A DNA stretch of 64,000 nucleotides, taken from Andalucia godoyi And28 (taxonomy: Eukaryota; Protista; Jakobida). Location of the stretch: the NCBI GenBank assembly GCA_009859145.1, contig VRVR01000049.1, forward strand, positions 176,289 through 240,288. The letters run 5' to 3'. A program made the position numbers and the translations under genes. Below are positions 29,684 through 39,916 of this stretch, one piece after another (within the stretch, counting starts at the first letter, position 1; each line of letters begins with the position of its first letter). Below the pieces are notes generated by a model, which saw only the letters and a program-made list of their open reading frames with translations, had not been told where the DNA came from and searched no databases.

Positions 29684-32600
29684 CTAGAGGCGTACCGCGG
29701 GACATAGTGTCATGAGCCGGTCATCAGGCCAAATTTCAAACGAGTGGGAGGGGTTCGTAATGACGCATTCTGCACCGTGCTGCAGTCTTCGAACGATGCC
29801 TAGCGGCATTCCGACGCCCTTCTGGTGGGCAGCATCGATCATCAAATGCCCCCATGTCCGAGTCGTCGTTGCGGCGGCGGCCGTGGCGGGTCCTTGGTGA
29901 TCTTGCGAAGAGGGCGGGGGGAGCAGCACACGAGCGATGGATCCTGCGAGTGCGTAGGCCACGTCGACGTACATGCTGTCGATGGAGGCGAGACCGAGAA
30001 GTGCATCGAGTGCTGGAATTGCACAGCATGTGGAGCCGAGGAAAAATGCAGGAAGGACCATGTGGAACATTGTGCCGAGATAGCGGTGTTGTACAGCAGC
30101 CCAGACATCTCCTGACAGCGCCGCAAGCTCGGACTCGCTGAGTGCATCTTGCAATTGCGGGCGTAAAACAGAAAGTTCATCCGTGTGCATGACGCTTGGA
30201 ATAAAGGATACAAAGTGCGGTGGACGCAGCGACACACGGCTCTTGGATGAGTGGCCGTCAAAGTAACGCTCGGCTGCATTGATCAGGACTACCATTTCAT
30301 CCATCGAACGACTGGGATCAAATAATACCACCGACCGCGCTTCAAGAGCATTCACACCGTTCAGATTGGATATGAAGTTGAGAAGGGACAGCGGTTCGGA
30401 AAGCACGTGAATACGAACAACGACCGTTTCTGCGAACGGCTTTGATTTCGACGACGACGGGGAAGGTGATGATGATGCTGAGGAAATGACGTCTGTGGAA
30501 GCGTCATCATCGGATTCAAGAACAAAATCGGAAAACAAACTCTCGGCTTTTGCACGCACAGCATTGCGATCGAGTGACCGGTCCGTGTCCCAGACGGCCA
30601 CCGTGACATGTTTGATAAGATGAATGTGGAATGCCTCACGAAACAGACTGACAATGCGCACGAGGCTATTCGACAACGGGGCCAAGAGGATTATTTTGGA
30701 GCGATTCCGTTGCGCAGAGGCAGTAGCAGCCGTCCCAGAAAGCTGACGGGAAGATGATGTACCCTCTGGAAACGCAAACGCAACATGGTTTCTATCTGCA
30801 GCGCTGCTGTTGGGATGATCAAGAATCGACGGCGTTACAGGGAAAGCGTCTGCCGCGTCGCGTCCTGAAGGTATGCGTGGACAAGATGCAGCAGTGGGCT
30901 CACACTGGGCGCCGCCTTCTGGTCTATCCAACGATATTGTCGGAATATCCTTGACGAGCTCGTGCTCGTGAGCGAGATCCCGATCGCGTTGCGGTGCATG
31001 CAATCCAGGTAATCCAGGCAATCCCAGCGCAGATGTACAGTTGTCGGCCTCCACGGTCGCCATTGGAACCGGTTCTGGGACGGAGGTGGCGACCAAATAA
31101 GAGAGAAGCGGAACGGGATCGAGTGATTTCCCCAGCACAACAACCACATCGCCATTCTGCAGTGCGGCATCCTTCGAAGAACGGTCCGATAAATTGAAGC
31201 CTGTGAACTTGCGAGTACCGCGACGGATAATCCCGAGAGTAGAGCATTGAAAAGACCAAGCTGCAAACGCAAAGTCAAAGAGCGTCCAGCGGCCGTGAAA
31301 ATTGTCGGCAATTAGCACCATGCGAATCCCGTTCTTCATTCCGTCGAGATATGCATCAAGCCATACCACTCCTGAGGTGCACACCAGCTCTCTCTCCTCG
31401 CGAATACCATCAAGACCCAGCTTTCCGTACAACATCGTTCCGACTAGCAAGTTTTCAATCATCGTCGACAGCCCATGTGCCGTCATAGAGCCCGCCAAGA
31501 GGCGCGCTGCAAGATCCTCGACGAGCACAATCTGGTCCGAGCCACAGTCTCGAATTGCGGCAAACATGTTGGTCATCAGCGACGGTGTAAAATCCTGCAA
31601 GGGCTCCACCGCCGTGGTCACGCAGCACTGTTCATTTCCCAGATAATGGAGATCGTTGCGAACCACCATGGAATGCGTGAGCAGGCGGGAGACGGCCACA
31701 TCGACAGTGCATTCTTCGGCATCACTGTTATTGGTATCGAAAAGCACCACAGAGGCAGCATACGCTCCACCAGCAGCCTTGAGATCCTCCCGGACGCGAA
31801 CCGACCCCCGAACATACGTGATCTTGCCTTTGACTGCGATCCCCTTAAAAAAGTACGACAATACGCGATCGGGTCGCTTCGGAGAGAGGATCGCAATCGA
31901 AAGCGGGCGCCCTGCAGAGAGAAATGCTTGCATCAGAGTGCGAGACATTGTGGCAAACCGGAGGTTCTCAAAGTCTCCCGCAAAGATTACGTGATGCGTG
32001 TCGTTGGACATCGTCAAGCAAGAATGCCAGGCAATGACATTTCTGCGAAGCTGGGTTTCTTGGCTCTTGACCAGATGATGGTGACGAGTTATCGACGCTC
32101 GGGAATCGTCTTTGATGGCTTCGATTAACGCAGACGCCTCCATGGGGATGATGACGACTGCAAACAGGATAAACGCGGTCACAAACATCTTGCTGACTGC
32201 AGTTGTTGGAGTAATGTCACCATAGCCCACCGTGGACATTGTGACGACGGTAAAGTAGATTGCGTCGTGAAACGGGATGTTGACCACGTCTTCGCCCGCA
32301 GAATTGCCCGTAGAGACTCTTTCCAAAAACTGAAAGACGTACGCAGCAACAAAAATAACGGAAAAGATTTTGACTCCGAACTCGCAAAGCACCGTGGCCA
32401 CCGACGGAGCACGCAGCTCAGAAACACCAAGATCACCACGAGCTTGCGAGACATAATCGAAAACGCGCAGAATCCTAAATATTCTGAGCGACCTCAAAAA
32501 CTGGATGTACTGCGAGCCTTGCGAGTCCGCAACAATAAACAATTCAGGGACAATCACGACAATGTCAATGAAGGTCGCCCATGAGAATATTGCTGTGAGC

Positions 32601-33034
32601 CTCCTTTTTGGCTCTGTTGCATAGACACGAAGCACTAAATCGGCTGCAATGCATGCCGATATCGACGCTCCCAGCACTTTGGACGCCAATGGAGAAAGAA
32701 TCACGTATGCGTCCATCACAAGCATGATACAGCCAAGCAAGGACACAAAGACTTGAACGATTGACCATATCTTTCCGCCCTGTGAATTGTACAAGAATTG
32801 CCACGCATGCTCCCGAAACGGCGGGTCATGCGGCGACAATGTATGCAACCGATGCATCGTCAAGAGCGACGATCCGTCAATCGCGGAGAACTCCGGAAGA
32901 GAACTCGGCAACGACGGTCCTTTCCTCTTCATCCTGCTTCCCCTCCTCACTCTCTTTGACTTTTTGAAGTCCTCTTCTTGTGACGTGTAGTGGAGTGGCG
33001 TGCTTTCCGAATCGTCGCCGGTAAATACTTTCAA
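29684..33034 (-). CDS. Slo/BK-family calcium-activated potassium channel alpha subunit
   Basis: Six TM segments, S4 QFLRSLRIFRILRVF, pore HDAIYFTVVTMSTVGYGDITP, and RCK-like cytosolic region (HHVIFAG, YVRGSVRVREDLKAAG). Confidence 0.92.
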   Translation of the reverse strand: MKVFTGDDSESTPLHYTSQEEDFKKSKRVRRGSRMKRKGPSLPSSLPEFSAIDGSSLLTMHRLHTLSPHDPPFREHAWQFLYNSQGGKIWSIVQVFVSLLGCIMLVMDAYVILSPLASKVLGASISACIAADLVLRVYATEPKRRLTAIFSWATFIDIVVIVPELFIVADSQGSQYIQFLRSLRIFRILRVFDYVSQARGDLGVSELRAPSVATVLCEFGVKIFSVIFVAAYVFQFLERVSTGNSAGEDVVNIPFHDAIYFTVVTMSTVGYGDITPTTAVSKMFVTAFILFAVVIIPMEASALIEAIKDDSRASITRHHHLVKSQETQLRRNVIAWHSCLTMSNDTHHVIFAGDFENLRFATMSRTLMQAFLSAGRPLSIAILSPKRPDRVLSYFFKGIAVKGKITYVRGSVRVREDLKAAGGAYAASVVLFDTNNSDAEECTVDVAVSRLLTHSMVVRNDLHYLGNEQCCVTTAVEPLQDFTPSLMTNMFAAIRDCGSDQIVLVEDLAARLLAGSMTAHGLSTMIENLLVGTMLYGKLGLDGIREERELVCTSGVVWLDAYLDGMKNGIRMVLIADNFHGRWTLFDFAFAAWSFQCSTLGIIRRGTRKFTGFNLSDRSSKDAALQNGDVVVVLGKSLDPVPLLSYLVATSVPEPVPMATVEADNCTSALGLPGLPGLHAPQRDRDLAHEHELVKDIPTISLDRPEGGAQCEPTAASCPRIPSGRDAADAFPVTPSILDHPNSSAADRNHVAFAFPEGTSSSRQLSGTAATASAQRNRSKIILLAPLSNSLVRIVSLFREAFHIHLIKHVTVAVWDTDRSLDRNAVRAKAESLFSDFVLESDDDASTDVISSASSSPSPSSSKSKPFAETVVVRIHVLSEPLSLLNFISNLNGVNALEARSVVLFDPSRSMDEMVVLINAAERYFDGHSSKSRVSLRPPHFVSFIPSVMHTDELSVLRPQLQDALSESELAALSGDVWAAVQHRYLGTMFHMVLPAFFLGSTCCAIPALDALLGLASIDSMYVDVAYALAGSIARVLLPPPSSQDHQGPATAAAATTTRTWGHLMIDAAHQKGVGMPLGIVRRLQHGAECVITNPSHSFEIWPDDRLMTLCPAVRL

Positions 33035-33699
33035 ATTTCAAGTTAAATAATTAAAAAAAACAGAAATATAAATATAAATAAATAAATAAAAGGGAACTAT
33101 GTGACTGTATGAGTGATTCACGTGCGTAGACGCGTGAGTCAGTCCAAGCCAAGGCTAAATGAATGTCTGCATCAAGAACAGAAGAATGAAGAGAAGGAAA
33201 AACGAATCGAGAAGAAAATGAAACCATCCAAAAACTCCCAAAGACTTGTCCAACAGGAACACAAACCGTAAGTCTCGGAAAGCCTCAAGCAGTTGATGGC
33301 CATTGACTGTTGTAGTGCGATACAAATGCATGCAAAGAGCAGGCGGAAAAAGAAAAAGGTCCGCGTGTCCATCAAAAATCCTACGGCTTATCGCTATACA
33401 CCATGGCAGCGTAACACCGTGTCTCATGCACTCCCCATTTTCCCTTTTTTCATTAAGCTGCTGAAAGTGTCATCCATTTGGGGAAATTTGCAAAGGCTTC
33501 TTTTCGTTCCTTCATTCTCCTCTTTCTCCGTCATCTCCAACTCTTCCTTTCCCGCTTTTAGCAAATCATCCAGTAATCCCCTTCTTTGCCTCTCTCTCCG
33601 TTTTGCGCGTGCATTTTATATATATTTTTGTTGTTGTTGTTGTTGTTGTTGTTCTTTTGACAGGATCGCGTTGTCCTCCCCCTTCCCCAAGTAGCAGTG

Positions 33700-35919
33700 A
33701 TGCGGGCTTCCCACTTGTGTGTGGTGTTCGCAGCTCTTCTGTGCGTGGTGGCTGCGGATGTGTATATGCATTCTCCGCCCGGTTCGAACGATCGGTTGGA
33801 TGAGCAAACCGCAGATCGGCAGGAAGAGCGCCGTCTTTTTGATTCGCAAAACAACAACCGAGGCGGCTACAATGTCGTCAATTACAAGTACTACACAGGT
33901 ACTCAGATGACGATTGAATGGACTGCACAGCATGGATGCGGAGAAGGCCATCCCAATGTGCACTGCGAGATTGTACTGCAGTACATGTGCTCGGATACAA
34001 ACCCCAATCTCCGCGACGGGACACCTTCGCAGGACAACAACAATGTGGAACGCATCCCGGATGACGAGTACCGTGCAAAGTCTCTCGAGTATGGCATGCA
34101 AGAGTCGTATGAATACTACCAGAATTGCAAGGCCCGTGAGCGCAACAAGGGTCTGTACACTGCGGACCAAATCAACATCAATGACAACAATCGCCGCACT
34201 GCAATCTATACGCGCCAGGATAACACGGCGACGCGATATGGGTTTGAGTGCCCTGAGGAGCGCGATTACTATCCATACTGGCATCCCACTCCATGGCGCG
34301 ATATTGCTGTCCTGACGTCGGATACTTCTCGCTGTGCCTATTACCAGGCCGAGTCTCAGAACGTGAAGCCCAAGAACTACTGCAGCAAGCCCGCGTACAA
34401 CCGGAACGCGACTTGCGTGACAAACGGCGGAAACTGGCTTTCACAGGCTGCATGGGGCATTCCGGCACCTGCCTGCGGAGCCAACACGTATTCGCGTGAC
34501 AATCATCTTGGAAATACGATTGGAGGGTATGCGTCGACATACAACTGGACGGTTCCTGAAGAGATTGGCGGTCTGCGCTGTGTCGTACGTCTGCGCTACA
34601 ACATCACCACAGGAGACTATCCGGCCTGGGGGCCCAACATGCTGGTTGCCGGCAACAACACCAATTTTGTGGTTGCGCGCTATCCGTCCGCGAATCTGAC
34701 TGCAGACAGGACGGTCATTTTGAAGGACAACCCGGTTGTGGATTTTGGCTACGGCTTCAAGCTTGCATTGGCCGTGAACACCGATCAGCTGGGAAGAACA
34801 TTCCAGGATCGTTCGCACACTCTTCAGATGCTCAAGCGCTCAGACGCACCCGTTGCTGCAGGCACGACGATTCGGAATCTTGTTGTTCGTGGTCGCCGCG
34901 GCAATATTGTGCAGGTGTATCCCGCTGTTGAGTACGACTTTGTTCCCGAAGTTTTGTACGCGCAGCCCGGAGATGTGGTTCACTTCCAGGTTGGAGGATC
35001 CAATACTTCGCCTAACGGAGCGGGAGAAGGTCAAGAGAACACTGATCGATCGAATCTTGTGGAGCTGCCGGATATTTCGAAGAACTGGCCGCAGTTTCCC
35101 AACAAGTCGGAGATCTTCCGTGATGAAGACTCCATCAATCAGTTCGGTTTCATTGGTCCTGTTTACCACGGATCGACCGGAACGTTGGACGACAAGTCGC
35201 CGTACTTTGAATCATGGATTACGTTGCCCACGAACCCTACGAAGTCGGAAGTTGCGTTCATGTCGACTCGTAACAACAACTTCTCGAATCGGTCGCAAAA
35301 GATGGTTATTCGCTTTGCAGGGGATCCGGCTCCGTCTTCTTCCAGTGGTGACCAGAAACCCAACGCAGGTGCAATTGCCGGAGGTGTCATTGGTGCGGTT
35401 GCTCTTGTTGGCGCCGTTGCCGGTGGTGCTGTGTTTTACCGCACGCGAACTCCTGCCAAGAAGGCCCAAATCCGCGAGAGCTTCTCCAGATTCTGGCGCA
35501 AGATTACATTCCGCGGCGCGTCTCCTGCGGCTGTCTCTGGTGCTGCCGCCGCTGCTGGTGCCGCCGCTCCCCGCGGTCGCTCGCTTGTCAACCGGTTCTC
35601 GCTCCGTGCGCATCCTCGTGATGCCTTCCAGTCCGCCTATGAACAGTTTGGTCGCTCGCAAACCCAGTCGGGCTCCGCCTCGGCGGGATCGCCGGCCGGG
35701 GAAGTGGCCGCTACTGCTGCGACTGCTGGTACTGCTGCGACTGCTGGTACTGGAGCGTACGCTGCATCCCGCATGTCTGTTGCTCCTCCGTCCAGCACTT
35801 CGCCGACGGTTGCAGAGCGTGATACTGCGTTTGCAAAGGCCATGTCGCGCTTCCAGGCTGGACAGACGTCCGTGCCACGTGCGCCTGCGACACCCGCTTC
35901 TGGTGCCAACGCCGTCTAA
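33700..35919 (+). CDS. DD3-3-like type I membrane protein
   Basis: Signal peptide, then ADVYMHSPPGSNDRL...RLFDSQNNNRGGYN, GFECPEERDYYPYWHPTPWRDIA and RGRRGNIVQVYPAVEYDFVP, as recalled for the Dictyostelium DD3-3 family. TM helix AIAGGVIGAVALVGAVAGGAVFY. Confidence 0.8.
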   Translation: MRASHLCVVFAALLCVVAADVYMHSPPGSNDRLDEQTADRQEERRLFDSQNNNRGGYNVVNYKYYTGTQMTIEWTAQHGCGEGHPNVHCEIVLQYMCSDTNPNLRDGTPSQDNNNVERIPDDEYRAKSLEYGMQESYEYYQNCKARERNKGLYTADQININDNNRRTAIYTRQDNTATRYGFECPEERDYYPYWHPTPWRDIAVLTSDTSRCAYYQAESQNVKPKNYCSKPAYNRNATCVTNGGNWLSQAAWGIPAPACGANTYSRDNHLGNTIGGYASTYNWTVPEEIGGLRCVVRLRYNITTGDYPAWGPNMLVAGNNTNFVVARYPSANLTADRTVILKDNPVVDFGYGFKLALAVNTDQLGRTFQDRSHTLQMLKRSDAPVAAGTTIRNLVVRGRRGNIVQVYPAVEYDFVPEVLYAQPGDVVHFQVGGSNTSPNGAGEGQENTDRSNLVELPDISKNWPQFPNKSEIFRDEDSINQFGFIGPVYHGSTGTLDDKSPYFESWITLPTNPTKSEVAFMSTRNNNFSNRSQKMVIRFAGDPAPSSSSGDQKPNAGAIAGGVIGAVALVGAVAGGAVFYRTRTPAKKAQIRESFSRFWRKITFRGASPAAVSGAAAAAGAAAPRGRSLVNRFSLRAHPRDAFQSAYEQFGRSQTQSGSASAGSPAGEVAATAATAGTAATAGTGAYAASRMSVAPPSSTSPTVAERDTAFAKAMSRFQAGQTSVPRAPATPASGANAV

Positions 35920-37193
35920 CAGCACAAGCACGGATCGAGTATTTGTGTTGTGGTTTTAACTCGGCGGTTTGTTTTTGATGGGACGGGGTCTTGAAGTTTT
36001 TGTCCAGTTTTCTTGTCGCGTCCTGTCTTTTCGAATCCCCGCGGGTTTGTGTGTTTGTGTTGTTTTTCCCCTTCCTTTTCCTCTCTTTTGTTTTGTTTCC
36101 ATTTGTGTTTCGTTTTTGAAAAAGAAAAAAGGTTCTCTTGTGTTGTTGATCATGAGACAGACAGTTTTGCGGCTATATTTTATCTTTCCATCGTTTTGTT
36201 TTTGTGTTTTTGTGTTTTTGTTTTTTTGGCCTCGTGGGAACAATCGTCCTGCATTCGAAAATAAAAAGGTTCATGCATCAAGAAACCTCTCTCTGGTCTC
36301 GACTTTTGCCCCGGTGTGGAAAGCCAACGACTGTCGTTGGAAACCACGTCTCTTGCACTTGTTTGGTTTGGTTTGGTTTGTTTTTTCCCTTTTACCTTTG
36401 TTGCATCAAATACGTTACTTTTCTTTTGGCACCCCCACGTCGCCACACGGGGAAAGATCCGAGGTCTTGAGTTGGCTGGGATCGGGAGTGGGAAACGCAA
36501 ACGGAAAAGGAAGAGATCAACTGAACGCACCAATACACATACACACACGCACGCACGCACACACACACATTAAAATAATAATAAAATAAATGAAACGTAG
36601 CGTCAGCGTCCAAAGTCCGGCAGTTCGGTACTCAAGTGGGAGATGCGTTCCCAAGTTCCTCTAATAAAGGTGCACTAATTGACCAATTCGAGAGCTCTGA
36701 ACGAAAGCATACGTTGTTTCTGTTTTGGGGTGCGCAGACCCACGGATGTCCGACATGGAAGGGAAATTCATGGGATGGGCGCTGATGCGGATTCATAAAG
36801 TCCCCTTTTTACACCAAATCATCTGCTTGAGCCGCAGCATGCCAGACAATGGATTGGAGAGGTTTTGGGGTTGAAAGGGGAGTACTTGATGCATAGTCCG
36901 GCAGAGTTCGAACCGCTCGATCGAAAGCCTGCAAGTTGCGGGTTGCGGGTTCCTCAAACTTTGCGTCTTTCATCCATCCAGTCCGGTGGAGTGTGTGCGA
37001 TCTGTGCTGCGACCCATCACTCATAACCCATAACCCATAACCCATAGTTCGTGACGTGTGGCCTGTGACCTGTGACCTGCCCGACTTCGTTTACAGAGCC
37101 GATAGTGCATTGAGTGTTTCTTGTCATTTCCTTCTCCAAATCTCCTAACCATACACCTCTGCGCGCTCCCACCCCCTTCTACGCTTCTGTTCG

Positions 37194-38234
37194 ATGACCA
37201 AAGACCCGGCAAAGAAGAGTTCCTCCGTCGCAGCCGCCACCACAGTCTCAAGGAAAAGCTCACGTCCCCTGTGGGTCTGCATCTCGCTGGTGTTTCTGGG
37301 CTGCTGCGTGAATGTCTTGTCTCTCGAGGCTCTTGTGCATCGTGACCAAGGAGCAGCAAATCTGATATCGTTTACACAGTATGTGTTCATCGCGTCAATC
37401 ACATTCTCCACGAGCCCGCGCAAGATCCCGTTTGTGCATCATGTCGGTCTTACGCTGCTGGTGTTTTTGACTGGTGTTTTGAATTCGTTTGCAATGGACT
37501 TGGGTGTTTCTCCGTTGCTACATTCCATTTTCCGATCCGCGTCGTTGGTGTCCAACTTAACGACTGGTGCGCTCTTCTTCAAAAAGAAACCGACTATGTG
37601 GCACGTGGTGTGCGTGTGTGTCATTACTGCTGGAGTCGTCGTGGCGGTCACTCCAAGCGGGTCGTCTACGACGTCTGGTTCCAATACATCACCGATCGCC
37701 TTTGTGCTGCTGACAATCTCTGTCGTTATCTCGGCATTTCAAGGCCACATGCAGGAATGGATGTTTAAAAAGTACGGAAACCACAGCTCCGAGGTGCTTT
37801 TCTATTCTCATCTGCTGTCCATCCCAATGTACCTGTCGTTGTCGTCGAACCTCTCCACTCACATTCGGGTGTTCATGGCGCAGCCAACAATGTTCGTTGC
37901 GCTGTTCGTGAATGTGGTCACCCAGTATATGTGCGTCCAAGGCGTGTACCTCGTTCTTTCCTGCACGAATTCACTGACTTTGAACGTCGTCGTCACAGTC
38001 CGGAAGCTGCTGTCGGTCATCATCAGCGTTCTTGTCTGGGGAAATAGTCTCGGAACCTCGCAGTGGCTCGGTGCAATTGCAGTGTTTGCCGCGTCGGCAT
38101 GGTATGGGTTCCTTCCAAAGACGCCGGCGATCTGCTCCATCTCTCGTGCCAAGGCCGACACCCAAGACAGCACAAACCCCAGGTCCGCGTCTGCGTCCGC
38201 GGCATCTACGAAGCCCCGATCGAAAACAGAATAG
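37194..38234 (+). CDS. SLC35B4: Nucleotide-sugar transporter, UDP-xylose/UDP-GlcNAc type (SLC35B4/YEA4-like)
   Basis: GCCVNVLSLE, LISFTQYVF, HSIFRSASL, QEWMFKKYG...EVLFYSHLLSIP, NVVTQYMCVQGV, TVRKLLSVIISV. Confidence 0.9.
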   Translation: MTKDPAKKSSSVAAATTVSRKSSRPLWVCISLVFLGCCVNVLSLEALVHRDQGAANLISFTQYVFIASITFSTSPRKIPFVHHVGLTLLVFLTGVLNSFAMDLGVSPLLHSIFRSASLVSNLTTGALFFKKKPTMWHVVCVCVITAGVVVAVTPSGSSTTSGSNTSPIAFVLLTISVVISAFQGHMQEWMFKKYGNHSSEVLFYSHLLSIPMYLSLSSNLSTHIRVFMAQPTMFVALFVNVVTQYMCVQGVYLVLSCTNSLTLNVVVTVRKLLSVIISVLVWGNSLGTSQWLGAIAVFAASAWYGFLPKTPAICSISRAKADTQDSTNPRSASASAASTKPRSKTE

Positions 38235-38415
38235 CACCGATTATCACCACCAACGCCTTCATAGCACAACGACAGCCATTGTTGCAGCCGTTTTCATTAC
38301 GTGTTTGATCCTCCCTGTTTTTGTGTGTTTCTTCTTCTTCTTCTTCTTGTGTGTGTGTCTGTGTGCGTGCGTGTGTGTGTGCGCGTGGGTGGGTGGGTGT
38401 GCTTCATTTGCCGGT

Positions 38416-39357
38416 TTATTCCATTCGCAAAAGATGGGTAAACAGCCATGCAGACCGCATCTGGATTTCCAAATCAGAAGCATCGACACCGTGTCCGGAC
38501 TCGTCGGCTCCCCACTGCTCGCTCTGATGGATTTCCTCGAGCCTGGAAGCCCGGACAGCGTCATCAGGATTCAAGAACCCGTCTGTAAGGCTCATTCCAA
38601 TAGAGAATGAGCGGGCCGACGTGACTGCGACTTCCAGGGCGGTGCGTTCATAGAAAGACATGTTGCTCAACACGGTGGCCATGTTCTTGAAGCCGTCTTC
38701 AGGATGTTGCAAATGCCCAAGACCATGCGTCGTCAGCAGCTTCACTCTGTATGCGTCCCTCATGTGCCCAATGATCGGCGCAAACGTTCGCTCTTGGTCC
38801 GAAGAAAGCGCTTCGGGGAACGGAGCTCGGTAGCACACGGTGTCGGTCTGCAGATACGACAGCAGATAATCGACGTCCTTCTTCAACGGCATTTCTCGCT
38901 TCAAGTCGATTGCCGAGGTTCCGATTGTAGTCAATAGCATCGTGGACGGTTCAATTGCGTGACCTTGGATCAGCCATTCTCCAGCGATTGCAAGCGCCAG
39001 CGACTCACTTGGGACTTGGAACACAGTTCGCTTGGGTGTCCGGAACGTCTTTCCATCTAGCAGCAGAGTCCAATTACGTCCATGAATGTGCCTAGGAGAA
39101 TCCGTATGACTATGACTGTGACTAAGGGAATTATTATTATTACTGTTTTTTTCTTGTTCTTTGCTCGATTGAAGAGACTTGGACGAGAAAATTGGAACGT
39201 AGTGTGGCGAAGTAGAGTCAATGGACTTGATGTCGACGCTCTTGTAGAACTTCTTCAGCTTGTGACCAGAACTACTCGATGCAAAAAACCGACGACGAAA
39301 CGATTCTGCATTCCACCGCATCATGCTTCCGCGAAACAAACTCTGTGAACTCTGCAT
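38416..39357 (-). CDS. ATPAF2: ATP synthase F1 assembly factor ATP12
   Basis: Mitochondrial-type presequence, KKFYKSV, LLDGKTFRTP, LALAIAGEW, YLQTDTVCYR, ASRLEEIHQSEQWG. Confidence 0.93.
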   Translation of the reverse strand: MQSSQSLFRGSMMRWNAESFRRRFFASSSSGHKLKKFYKSVDIKSIDSTSPHYVPIFSSKSLQSSKEQEKNSNNNNSLSHSHSHTDSPRHIHGRNWTLLLDGKTFRTPKRTVFQVPSESLALAIAGEWLIQGHAIEPSTMLLTTIGTSAIDLKREMPLKKDVDYLLSYLQTDTVCYRAPFPEALSSDQERTFAPIIGHMRDAYRVKLLTTHGLGHLQHPEDGFKNMATVLSNMSFYERTALEVAVTSARSFSIGMSLTDGFLNPDDAVRASRLEEIHQSEQWGADESGHGVDASDLEIQMRSAWLFTHLLRME

Positions 39358-39716
39358 AAATTTGGCGTGTCTTTCTCATCCGAAGATCGACAGAATCACT
39401 TTTTTTTGGCATCGGCACCGAAAACCTGCGGATTCGAGGGAAAACGGAGGATGCTGAAAAGGACATGCACCATGTTGCAGCATCAGCATCAACTCTTTCT
39501 TTTGCCAGCAGCATGCCTGCAAGCATCTACAGCGGGGAGATTTCTCGTTTGCTAGGGGAGTGTGGATATCGTAGATGGAGGTTTTGGTGCCTTTGGTGCC
39601 TTTTGAGGGGGAAACGTCCGTTCGTTGCTTTCCCACAGTGTGCTGCGTAGCTGCTGGCCTGCTGTGTTCTTTCGAAATACCATTGTTGTTTTTGCTATTT
39701 ATTTTACTGTTTTAAA

Positions 39717-39721
<5 letters not shown>

Positions 39722-39751
<30 letters not shown>

Positions 39752-39766
39752 AAGAAGAAGAAGAAG

Positions 39767-39807
<41 letters not shown>

Positions 39808-39808
39808 G
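39722..39808. repeat. Compound (GAA)n(CAA)n microsatellite
   Basis: About 15 GAA followed by about 13 CAA units, between the divergent ATP12 and CFAP57 genes. Confidence 0.97.
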
Positions 39809-39916
39809 ATCATTTCTTTTTCACTTTGCTTGTGCTCCCAGCATCACGCCATTCTTGAAGGGCATTCCATCAGAGAGACAGAAAAGACAGAGAAAAAGAC
39901 AGAAAGAGAAAGAGAG

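Noticed and set aside
36790-36900. Group I intron-like P (ATGCGG), Q (CCGCAGC), R (CAGACAA) and S (CATAGTCC) words in the correct order
   Set aside because: There is no room for P6 or J6/7, P7 is mismatched, no P3 partner was found, and there is no host exon.
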